NCBI GenBank assembly: GCA_000320545.1
Contig: ADNK01001022.1
Coordinates: 1 to 33,439, forward strand
Length of the DNA stretch: 33,439 nucleotides
Source of the DNA: Bigelowiella natans CCMP2755
Taxonomy: Eukaryota > Protista > Cercozoa
Reading direction: 5' to 3'
The translations under genes and the position numbers were made by a program. Of the stretch, positions 1-10,285 are shown piece by piece. The notes beneath the pieces were generated by a model. That model searched no databases, was not told the DNA's origin, and worked only from the letters and a program-made list of their open reading frames with translations. Position 1 is the first letter of the stretch, and each line of letters starts with the position of its first letter.

Positions 1-102
1 GAAAAGCAAATGGGTTTGGGTGGTTAATTTCCAAAAAAATGCATAACAAATTCCCCCCCCCCCCCCCCCCCCCCCCTCTCTCTCTCGTGTGTGTGTGTGT
101 AC

Positions 103-809
103 CTTGATCTCATACTCATCAAATATCTCCATCGCATCTAGCCATCTATTAGCTAGAGCTAATCCCTGTCAAGAAGAAGAAGAAGAAGACGAAAAAGAAG
201 AAGATGATGATGAGGATCATAATGACGATTACAAAAATTGTGTTTAATGTTTGCATTCTTACCTTTAGCACGGACGATATTGTGAGTGCATTGGGTTCGA
301 TTCCACGAAGGAGCATGCTGATAGGAATGCACACAATGTGTGTGTGTGTGTGTGTGTGTGTGAGCGTGTACATGCTGTATATCGACATATTTACGAGTAT
401 CTAGGTGAGTATTATACGTATCATCATCCGGTTTTTCAATGTCCCCATCTCATTTTCCCTCCTCTCTTTATTTGTCCATCCATCCATCCTCCCCCTCCTC
501 ATCATTATCATTATAATCAATTTCATAGCGGCACATGAGAGCAAATTATAGCAGTATCTACACATTAAAAACGGTGGGGTAGTATGCGAAATATTGATTG
601 ATTGATTGGTTGGTTGACTGGTACCGTCGATATGATTCAAGAGCATCCATCCATCGCCCATGCGTGCCTTTAAACACAATGAAAAAGACAAAGAGAGAAA
701 GAGAAAAGTGAGAAAGATCTTTTTACAGCATAGAAATTCATACCATACGCTTCAACCCCCATAGTTGTCATCACTTATTTTCTTCCGATGTAAGTTGATA
801 GTATTTGCA

Positions 810-842
<33 letters not shown>

Positions 843-1089
843 TGGCTGAGTGAGAAGGAGGAGGAGGAGGAGGAGGAGATACATCGCCGTTGTCATCGTT
901 CTAGTGCTGCCGTATATTCATTTTATACTAGTCAAAATCTTACTTTGAATGGAGATTATTTGCGAATAGACGACAGTGTTCAATGCAAGGTTTGGATCCT
1001 GAGTGTTTACAACATCACATACATCACACCGCACACCACGTTAAGGTTAAGCAACCTCCTCCATGTCCCTCAAAAACTACTACTGCTAT

Positions 1090-1122
<33 letters not shown>

Positions 1123-3038
1123 AGTAGCATACTAATGAGGGATGATCTACCGAGTCCATTTTGTTGAAGTATTCTGTGGCCTTCCGCCAGTTTCGCTTGT
1201 TTGCTTGTATCATCAAGCTATAACTCACCTGATTGACTCAAGTTATCTGCTGTGTGTGCTTATGAAACGACAGGCACTAGTTTGCTTGATTATGGACACC
1301 AGCAGCGCTCCTTCATCTCTCATCATACCAATCCCTATATTAATAAGCACTACTACTACACTACTACTACTACTACTACTACTACTACCTCATTGGGTGT
1401 AGTCACAGAAGTTGTTGATCCCAACTTACTGGTTTCATTTGCGGAAAGAAATTTCTGAAATATTCTGGGGGGGGGGGGGGGGATGGATGAAGAATGATAT
1501 ATGAGAGGGGATGAAGTGCCAATATTGAATGAAATATATTTTAGATTTTATATGTAGAATAACGACAAGGTGATTCCCACCATCATTGATTACTATACTC
1601 TTCAAAGACAGCGTATACATCTACTACTACTACTACTACCTCTCCGCTTGATTTGGTAGGTTTGCCCTGCCTAAAGCTCTAATAAGTGTGTTGTATGTAT
1701 AGATGTCAGGCCGGAGCTACGCGCGAAGCATATCGTTGAAAATCTCCAAACTTCGTTTCCAACGTTTCTCCTACATTTCCAATTATGTTGAATATGAACA
1801 CCGTTAGTAAATATGGTACAACCAAAAGTTGTCGATCGCTCATCTGAGCAAGAAGCGAAAGAGAAATTGTGCATGGACGCTCGAGAAATGATGAGAAAGT
1901 TGGAAGAAGAACGAGAACATTTTGGGTTGTGATAAGCATGATAACCATTGCATTGATTCCCTACCGCAGCAGCTTGTTTGAGCAGCATATTGTATCTCGC
2001 AACGACAGGTTCTGATAATGGGGGTCTTCCTACTGAGGAGAAAGAATTACGTGGTTTCCCACCTCTACCAGATGAACCTTTCCCCCTCCTCCTTGGAGGC
2101 TGTTCAAGGTTACGCGCTGACGACTGCTGGGTGCTATTGGTGAAGCTCCTCGCGAGACGTTCCCCCTCCTCCTCCTTGTTGTTGTTGACGTTTTTAGAGG
2201 TGATTTTAGGTGTTGTATTTCCTCTGTATGACGACGACAACGACAACGATGACATCGGTGTGCCTGCTGAAGGAGGGGGGTTTGTAGAGGGCACATGTGT
2301 CGATGCTGTGGTGGTTTTTGAGCCTACGCTTAAGGAGGCCGTCTCAACGTCATCTCCCTCGATTAGGCTCTTCCCCCCCTTTTCTTGAGAAAATTTACCA
2401 CGCAAGTCAGGTTCGGTAGGTAGCACCGACTGCTCGTTTTCGGGCATTTCTCCCACCTTCTTCGTCCCCAAGCCTTCTTGATGGCCGTCTTCACCGGGAG
2501 AGGAGGAGAAAGAAGAAGACGAAGAAGAAGAAGAAGAAGCTATTCTTGAATTGAAGCATCTTGTTCTTGAAAAGGAGCGAGTCTCGGAGCAAAATCTTCT
2601 CGTACTGGCGCTCCTGGCGGAATTCGTTGACTTCGATCCTCTTCCATGATAACCATCATCATCTTTGGTCACGGCGCGCATCCTCCAGGGCGACATCGAT
2701 GATGACGGTCCCTCAAAAGATGGGATTTGGGAAAAAGAGAAGCTGGCACTTCTTGGCACGGAATAAAGATGGAATCCTCGCGCATGATGCGGTCGCTGCC
2801 GATGCACCGTTCCCATGTGTTGTTCTAGCTTTACAACCTGGCCATGCCATGTATGTCTACCTCTAGCTGATGATGGTGTTGAAAGAGGAGTACCAGCCGG
2901 AAATAAAGCTGATTTTTTCGGTTGGCTTCGCGAAACTGAGCCAGAAAGAACCAGCGTTACAAGTATTGTCCAGATCGCGTTCCGTGCCACCCAACCCCAT
3001 TTTCTAGCCTCCGCCCGGCCCCTCCCCACCATGCCCAT
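103..3038 (-). CDS. Pentatricopeptide repeat (PPR) protein with probable bipartite plastid-targeting N-terminus; 3' end runs off window start; one in-frame TAG at 1717-1719
   Basis: Hand-spliced exons 3038-1965, 1770-1640, 1464-1389, 1228-1151, 998-944, 667-625, 317-263, 165-103, all GT-AG and phase-compatible. They translate to tandem PPR-like motifs: VARYNMLLKQAAA|EKRWKRSLEIFNDMLRA*LRPDIYTYNTLIRALGRANLPNQAE|RIFQKFL...TPNE|VSYSLMIQANKRNWRKATEYFNKMDS|DPNLALNTVVYSQIISIQ|STHGRWMDALESYR|RMLLRGIEPNALTISSVLK|GLALANRWLDAMEIFDEYEIK. The N-terminus has hydrophobic AIWTILVTLVLSGSVS followed by a long S/R-rich segment. Confidence 0.88.
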
Positions 3039-3650
3039 CGAATTGGGCTGGGGCCGGGTGGACCCTATGGTCCTTTCTGTATTAGATGGGCCCAGAAGAG
3101 GCGGAAATGTTTCTCCCCGCGTCGGGGGAGAGTGAAAGAAAGGGAGGGGAGGGGGGGGGTGCTTGAAGGCTGAGCTCTCCTCTTACTCTGCACTACCGAG
3201 AAGGAAAAAGGCAGTTCCCAGCATGTACAACAACAATAACAACACTTTCTTTTCGACCGTCGATGTACCTATATATCTCGATATTATTCCTACAGAAAAA
3301 TATCGTAGAATCATATCACAACCGTTGGCTCATTTTCGTTCGACTAAGGACCTCCCTTTATGTTATTCTGTTCTTTTCTTGGTTAAATGCAGGTTATTAT
3401 TGGTCTAAATCAAGACTACTATCTTGCTCAGTTGAACGTCTGCGCCTTCACCACCTCCACCAGAGTCACGTTCTGCCATGCGGCGTTAATTTGAATGCAC
3501 GCTATAGAACAGCAGCTGTCTCTGGCCATCGAGATCAAATACAGACTTCTAAGAGGGAGAAAGGACGTCAAACAGCGTTTCCTTTCCTTGTGCTAGCACT
3601 GATACTCTGCTCTATTGATTGTTGGAACAATGAGATAAGACTGGAAATCC

Positions 3651-4670
3651 ATGAAACATGACCAACGCCGTCCGAAGAATCTTGCTGCTGATGACACATC
3701 AAGGATTTGCCGCACTAGATTTCTTATCGGGCTGATTCTAATTTTTGTCGGATTCGGCGGGGCTGGGGGATGTTTTTTCTTCGTTAATGCTGTGCTGTGG
3801 ATGTGGCGACCACGGCGGCTGAGTGGGACGCAGAGCCAGTACCAACGGAAGAGGAAGGCAAGGGCCAAAAATAAGAAAATGCATAGGAAATTGAAAATGA
3901 GGTATTTTACACTCAAACTTCGTAGAGAAGACATCTTATGGCCGTACTCCTCCTCCTCCTCCTCCTCCTCTCAAATGACAGAAACGTATATATGGTGAAA
4001 TCTGTTCAAGAAATTCGAGAGGAAATGCGAACAGGAAAGGTGATCCAATTACTTTTTAGTCGATGATAATGCTGGAACCTATCGAAAATTGATTCAGTAG
4101 TCTTAGGTGGAAACAAGATGGGATACCAAGCGTTTCCAAAAACTCGATCCCTATAACAGCCAGAAGCCATATTGTATTACATGTGCGAAACAATATCTGA
4201 CTCCTCTCGACTACGAAAGCCACTTGGTCCAAAAATTTCATGATGTGCAAAAATATTGTATTCTGAGTCTTTAATTTGCAGAGAGGGAAGCCGCATAAGA
4301 AACGGCTTAAGCGCATTAAATACGAAGAAGATCTTGACCGAAGTACGAAACAATTTTTGTTTCATCCTCTTATTTCTTACCAAATTATCACAATGATAGA
4401 CACTGCGGAAAGGCTTAAAAGATTCACTGATTCAATAGGGTTCACTTTGAAAGTAATATTTCAGCCTTCTGTGTGCTTACTTTATCTAGGAAAAAGTGTT
4501 TGTGAAGTCCTAAGCATAATTTTATCCAGCATCCGAACGGCACGATAACAAAGTATTCACCACGTGTGGCATCTCCAACAGCTCTTTCAGCCCTTCCCTC
4601 ACCCGCGCTCTCACTTGAGGCACACAGAAATAGCATGGAAAATGATGGCACGGATATGTTCTCTGTGTAA
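3651..4670 (+). CDS. ZNF593/Bud20-like C2H2 (JAZ-type) zinc finger protein (60S biogenesis factor family) with a hydrophobic N-terminal extension
   Basis: Exons 3651-3901, 3982-4039, 4107-4226, 4282-4342, 4400-4452, 4530-4670 (GT-AG, phases match, TAA stop). A basic N-terminal patch RKRKARAKNKKMHRKLKMR is followed by VKSVQEIREEM and YCITCAKQYLTPLDYESHL|RGKPHKKRLKRI, which resembles the ZNF593/Bud20 pattern YCxxCxxxF...HxxxKxHKKRLK. The start codon is uncertain (3651 vs 3801). Confidence 0.75.
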
Positions 4671-4719
4671 AATTGACTATCTGCGACGGAATTGATGGAT
4701 TGGAACCAACAATGTGTCG

Positions 4720-5420
4720 ATGAACTAGGTCTTGGGAATGCAACAAATCTGTCTAGCAATGGCATATGCACACATGATTACACAATAGCTATCTGCTACA
4801 CATCTAGACATCCTAGCATCGACAATATCTAGATATGCATGGTGTACGAGATCAATCTTGCATGCACTGCTTGTCATCTGCTAGCAACAAACAGCAACGG
4901 CATCTGGTTGCTGGATACTGCATGCATTATGAGCTACAGATGCCGTGATAGAACCAGTTTCTTTTTTACTTGTTGTGCATATATGAACTGCATGGCTGCT
5001 GCGTCTTTCGCATTACATGCTACATATTACTCAATACGATTGCTCTTGAGAGCTACACTACAGTGCCACACACTCAGCTGGCTCGCCTAAGCAAAGCCAG
5101 CCGCATTGATGCTTTGCATAGCTACATTAGGATGACCATCATTGAAAAGATTTAATCACTTCATTCATCCGTATAATGAAATACCACTACAATGCTAGAA
5201 TGGCTATAACTCGCCGCAGGTTGCTATGCTACTATGGCTATGGTTGCTCCAAAACAAGCTAAGTTTATAGTCATGACGATGAGCAGCCTGCATGTCCAAT
5301 ATTTTGTGCACTACTGGTACAACTGGTACAATGTGCGTTGCAATAACTAGATGATAATCGACGCTACATATACTTATTACATAGCTTCGACTTTATGAGT
5401 GCATGTACTAGGATATAGCA
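4720..5420. other. CTAG/GCTA/CATG/TGCA-rich island in convergent intergenic spacer 1
   Basis: About 9 CTAG by manual count (catctagacatcctagcatcgacaatatctagatatgcat at 4801-4840), plus dense gcta/tagc/gcat/atgc. No microsatellites. It lies between the stops at 4670 (+) and 5519 (-). Confidence 0.6.
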
Positions 5421-5518
5421 TAGAGAGTTGGTATGCGCATCGTTGACACACGGACTTGACAAGTAGATGGAAATATGATGGAAATAACACGCAAGAAAGG
5501 GTTTCACACGGATAAATC

Positions 5519-7127
5519 TTAAGACAATTTCGTGCCTTCAACATTTATGCGCTCTGCTAAACCTGCTATATGCGGACCAATAACACCTAGAGGCTTGAAA
5601 TTGTACCTCGTCGATGAGAGAACTTGAAACCCGGAAGACATGATGTAAGATTCAGTCTCTCTCGTCAGATGGCATCCGTCGGCAAGCAGCTACGATGCTT
5701 CAAGTAAGTTGTATGATCATGTGATGGTATTTAGGTGTTGTCAGAGACCTGCTGAGCTGGTTCAAGGAATCTCTGTTGCAGTCTTAACAAATTATTGTCT
5801 GGTGATCGGACATGTTCCCAGTAGAAAAAGATACCACCAGGCTTCAGCACCCTACAGGCTTCTTTGAGCGCAACATTGGGATTCGGAACCTAACCACTTT
5901 TCATTAGATTTTTGCTTGAACCTTTTAACTGCTAGAGTGAATCTCACTGACCGAACAAAGGACAAGGGTTGAAACGATTGCATCGAAAGAATCATCTGAT
6001 TAAAGATAAAATTGAATTATAATAATGAGGAATGGCAATTTACATACCTGGAAATGGTAATTTTCCGACGTCTCCCAACACGAAGTGAAATGGAACCCCA
6101 GATATCTGAACATAGTCAGCAGCAGTCAATTTGAGCGGGAGATAAGTATCTGAATTATCACTCATAATCTTGCTTCTTACCCTAGCATTCTTCTCTGCAA
6201 AATCCTCCATGTAAGGATTTGCATCAATTCCAGTGACTTCCAATTCTAATCCACTTTGAGAATACTACGATGTTGAAACTTAAAAATGTTGAATTCAGCA
6301 AGGTGCATAAAATACCTCCATCATATTAGGCCCAGAACCTACTCCGATTTCCAAAATTTTGAGTTGATTTGTATTTGTACTCCGCCTTGAGCGAAGGGAG
6401 GAGAAGAATTTAGAAAATTCACCGTGTCGGTCCTGAGAGAGGGGTGGAGAAGAGAGAGGAGTGACAGGTACCACACCACAAACACACACACATATATATA
6501 TATATATATTTATTTATTTATATATATATTTGCAGTAAGGCACAGATGTATGATGTCTGGATTGTACCATCCCCACAACTTCGTAATAGTGGCCCATTCC
6601 GTTCGCCATGCCGAGGGCAAAGAGTTTCCTTTCAACCAAAAATTAAATGCTCATGAGAAAGGGCGCTGAGTATGATGAGATGGCGTCTATAAATATCTAT
6701 TCCATACTTTGAGATTGGAGCATCATCTTCACAACTTCGTACATACCTTTAGATTAGCACGGCAAAAATAAGTCACAGAGATAAAAATGTCACTCATCTG
6801 TCACTTTGGAATTGTAAGTCCACTGGAAGCTGCAATCGACGCCAAAAAGTGTCTCCTTTTCTGAACATTGCACATTTCCCGTCCATTTTCTTCGCTGTGC
6901 ACGATTTGTAGTTTAGAGTTCATTCCAGCTCTACCGCTTGGAAGAGATGTATAGGGCAATGCAGCTCTTTGTAGTCTCTGCATGCGGTGGTAATTTTGAG
7001 ACCCACTCCGCCCTCGAGAATTCCCAAGCTTCGTCTTTGTTAACAACGTTGTTTCAAGGGGCGTAAAGGTGGTTCTCACAGCCCCAAGAGAGCATCCCAA
7101 AACTACTAGTAGCGAGGCAGTCGTCAT
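5519..7127 (-). CDS. Class I SAM-dependent methyltransferase (Methyltransf_11, METTL7-like), probably plastid-targeted
   Basis: Exons 7127-6805, 6746-6708, 6628-6568, 6432-6316, 6264-6181, 6105-6048, 5995-5952, 5889-5749, 5689-5519 (all GT-AG, phases match, TAA stop). Motifs: LFALGMANGMGHYYE, ILEIGVGSGPN (motif I), VTGIDANPYM, LPFPDDSFDAIVSTLVLCSV, RVLKPGGIFFYWEHV, LADGCHLTRET, IGPHIAG. The N-terminus has a hydrophobic signal, a transit-like region and RRHFLA. Confidence 0.92.
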
Positions 7128-7253
7128 GGAAGTTGCCGTCCCAACATCGATGGGAGTCACATTTCTTGTCGACGTGTCGGGCCGGGCATGCTAAAAGAAA
7201 TAATTAGGAAGCAGGAGCAGGAAAGAAAATACAATCATTTTACAGACTGCGAC

Positions 7254-8440
7254 ATGGTTTTATTTCCAGTACGTTCCAACAGCTTCCCTATTGCCAAAAA
7301 TAGAGGTAGGGAATTCAGCCTAAAAAAAGGACCTGAGACAAGGACTCTATCATGTCTCTTCGCTCTATTCGAGTGAAAATATTCAGACTACCTGACTACC
7401 ACCTGGGTAAAATATTTTATCGGTGTAAGATTGCCCCTCATTTTTAACTATTCATTGACGATACGATACCAGTGCAGAACGAAGGAAAATACACGGAGAA
7501 AAGAGTAGGTGCCTGCACGTACTGGGATGGATCTTTCTCGGTGATATCAGCACACTCACTGTGCCTTTCCACCGCAGAAGACAGTCCTTCCCTTTCAACG
7601 AAGAAGAAGAAGAGAAGAAGCGGAGGGGATAAGGATAGGAGGAGGAGGAGCAAGGCCATCAAAGCACGGAGAACCCGATAAGAAGCAGTAGGGCTTCCTT
7701 CATTTTCGGCTACCAATCGTGTCTCAAAACGTGTAAGTCAGGACAAGAACAGGGAAACGATTACAAATAGAAAGATGATGGAAGCAACACACTTCGGCTT
7801 TTTGAATAGCCGATTAGAAGCGAAGGTAGCGAGGTGGAAACGTCGGGCTTTACAAAATGTTTCACCTTCTAGAAGGCCAAATACACAAGATTATCATCCT
7901 AAGAAATACGCAGAGAATCGAGGAGGGTTCCAAATTTTCTTAACATCACCAACGGGGTCCCAGAAATGTCTCGTCGGTAGTACATCATCTTCGGCTGAGC
8001 TAGGCCCGAGGAAATCAAGAAAACGGATTCGGGACGATGCGCAAACCGAGTGTAGTTCGGATGACGCGAGCTCCATAAAAACCAAGCTCCCCAATGCAAT
8101 GTAAATCATTCGCATCTTTCTTCAACAACACTCGTACCCTTTTGAATTATCTGAAGTTTTGTAATGTCTTCTTATCAGGCGTTTAGAGATCGCTTTCACG
8201 GAATATGATCAAGATGAGGATAAAAAAACTGAATTACCTCTGAAAGGCAATGTCGGCATATGCCTTCGGAGGCAGCTTGGGACCTTGGATCTTAGCATTC
8301 CAGTATTTTCCCCTGCGCAGCTTCCATCCCCGAGCCTCACCATATTATCAGAACATCCAACGAAGAAGCGGCGTTTTCAGTCGGGCAATGAATACTCAGC
8401 GGCTGAAGAACTTCATGATGATTTTGGCATCAAAGCTTAG
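7254..8440 (+). CDS. Hypothetical basic/low-complexity protein
   Basis: A phase-consistent GT-AG chain can be built: MVLFPVRSNSFPIAKNR|DYLTTTW|NEGKYTEKR|KTVLPFQRRRRREE...PDKK|HRLEAKVARWKRR...KLPNA|MRLEIAFTEYDQDED...PTKKRRFQ...DFGIKA* (TAG 8438-8440). It has NLS-like patches (RKSRKR, KKRR) but no recognised domain. The 5' exons are uncertain. Confidence 0.5.
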
Positions 8441-9029
8441 ATTTATACTATTACAAACAATGAATAAACAGAACCTACAACGAGATCTAAATTTCGTGTA
8501 CTGCAATAGCCATGCTTACTGAGGCATACCACTACGTTAAAGCTTTTACGATTTGCTGTAATTTCTACTTTTTAATTTAATCATAGTCAGCATCTGAACC
8601 TGAAGATGTGTTAGCAATTATCGCAGTGATGGTTTATTGTATTAGATTCGAATTTTTATTAATGCTTAACGCCCTCGCCACACAGAGAGTAATGCTTTGA
8701 TAGCAGAACAAAGAATGTAACTGGTTTACTAAAGTATCTCCGTTTCATATTGCTATGCTATAATCCTTCTTAGCGTCATTTTATCTACACGACGGTGCAT
8801 TATTTTGTCCTGCAGTTTTCATCTTATTTTTCCCCATTACTGTTATATTTATAGTGATAATGTACAGCCGAAATAATATGTTCTGGACGGACCATATATC
8901 AATTCCATGAATTATGTTGTGCATTACACAATTTTGGAAAACATGTAACTCAACAATTTGCTAATTGAATGCTCACCTCTTAATTAAATTAAAAATTTAT
9001 ATTAGCAGTGCTATGTAACTTATTTACCA

Positions 9030-9780
9030 ACTCGTCTAGACGTGCAATTATACGAGCCAAATGTACAATTTGTAGCTTGCAGTAGGATTGTTAAAGATTG
9101 TCGTTCGATCCCGCCGTGCTAGCATGCAGCAGAAGTCAGCATATGTGCACATCTAGACGTACGACATATATACCTTGCTAGATGGACAACGTGCTAGCGT
9201 GTCATTGGCGAAGCCTTGCTATCATTGTCGCTGCAATGCTAGAATGTCTATGGAACATGCTAGCATGGGATGCTAGCTAGAGCGATACATGCCGTATCCT
9301 AGCACCCTTTCTAGCTTTGTCACCCGCCATTGCTAGATTGATCTAGCTAGCTAGTGATGTCTAGCTAGCTAGAGCGTAGCAGCATTGCTTTAAGTAATGA
9401 TTACTAGATTACTCAAGTAGGCCTGCTGTCATCAATTGCTAGATTGCAAGCATCGCAAGTTGACAACAATCATCAGAATTCAAACGGACGCAGAACTGCG
9501 TGTTGACACTTGGTGACATCAGCACAGTCCCGCGCACAAAAGCTAAGCAGCTAGCGCTACCCCCAGCCCCCCAAAATGGTAGCGGACACAACGCTCATTT
9601 ACTTGTAAATCATTTGTTCGCATCGGCTCTACTTCGAGTTCTTCAAATCATAATTGCATGTCGAGCCAGCGAGTGATCTGTCACGCTCCCCTGATGGCAT
9701 ACTAGCACAGGCTAGCAGGCTAGCAGCTAGAGCAGGCCCACATCTAGGCATCAATCAAATAATGATGCGATCTAGCGATG
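9030..9780. other. CTAG-rich island in convergent intergenic spacer 2
   Basis: About 27 CTAG by manual count in ~750 bp (about 3 expected at uniform composition), including tandem runs atctagctagctagtgatgtctagctagctag (9341-9372). It lies between the stops at 8440 (+) and 9924 (-). Confidence 0.85.
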
Positions 9781-9923
9781 CACGTTTTTACGTAGTACTA
9801 ATGAGCAACAAGAACTTGCAGGATTCTATGGTGCGCAAATCTTTTTTGACTGATTGATTTCCAGCAATTCATTGCCACCCTACGCTGATGGAGCAGAGTT
9901 TATAATGCAATTAGCATGCACAG

Positions 9924-10209
9924 CTACAGCAAAGGCTCTACTCCGTTCCAATCAATTTCAGCTCCAGGCCATTTCGTCCGTATCACCTTTAAAGCAAAAG
10001 AGGACAAAGACATCATCATACGTTGCCTGTGATGATATATGGCTGTGTCTCGATGTTATATCAGCTATATCCTGATGCATGTAAGTTACGATACCCTATT
10101 GAGCGGAGGCACTAGATCATCTTCATTGTCTTCTGGGACATTTGCATTACCTGCTTGTTGTCCAAATGGTAAAGTAAATACGTTCAAAACCAACCCAAAG
10201 TTTGTGCGC

Positions 10210-10285
<76 letters not shown>

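Noticed and set aside
1717-1719. Genome-wide reassignment of TAG to an amino acid
   Set aside because: MINDY4 ends with TAG at the family's expected C-terminus (WNGVEPLL*), two other models also end in TAG, and no other confidently reconstructed exon needs an in-frame TAG.
4040-4106. A 20-nt nucleomorph-style mini-intron (4040-4059) followed by an exon with two in-frame TAGs
   Set aside because: A single 67-nt intron 4040-4106 gives a clean, phase-matched reading into the zinc finger without stops.
4839-5155. Short ORFs within the islands (also 9654-9857 and 9854-10075)
   Set aside because: They are short and have no domain motifs, and their composition reflects the DNA word bias; 9854-10075 is antisense to the last MINDY4 exon.
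6687-6707. A 21-nt mini-intron in the methyltransferase gene
   Set aside because: That frame hits TGA shortly after. The 6707-6629 intron joins directly to the conserved LFALGMANGM segment.
9030-9780. CTAG islands as RIP or CpG-deamination scars, or as degenerate TCTAGGG telomere-type repeats
   Set aside because: The islands keep many CpG and CpA/TpG dinucleotides and are not AT-shifted, and there are no TCTAGGG or TTAGGG arrays. A mutational origin is not fully excluded without computing indices.
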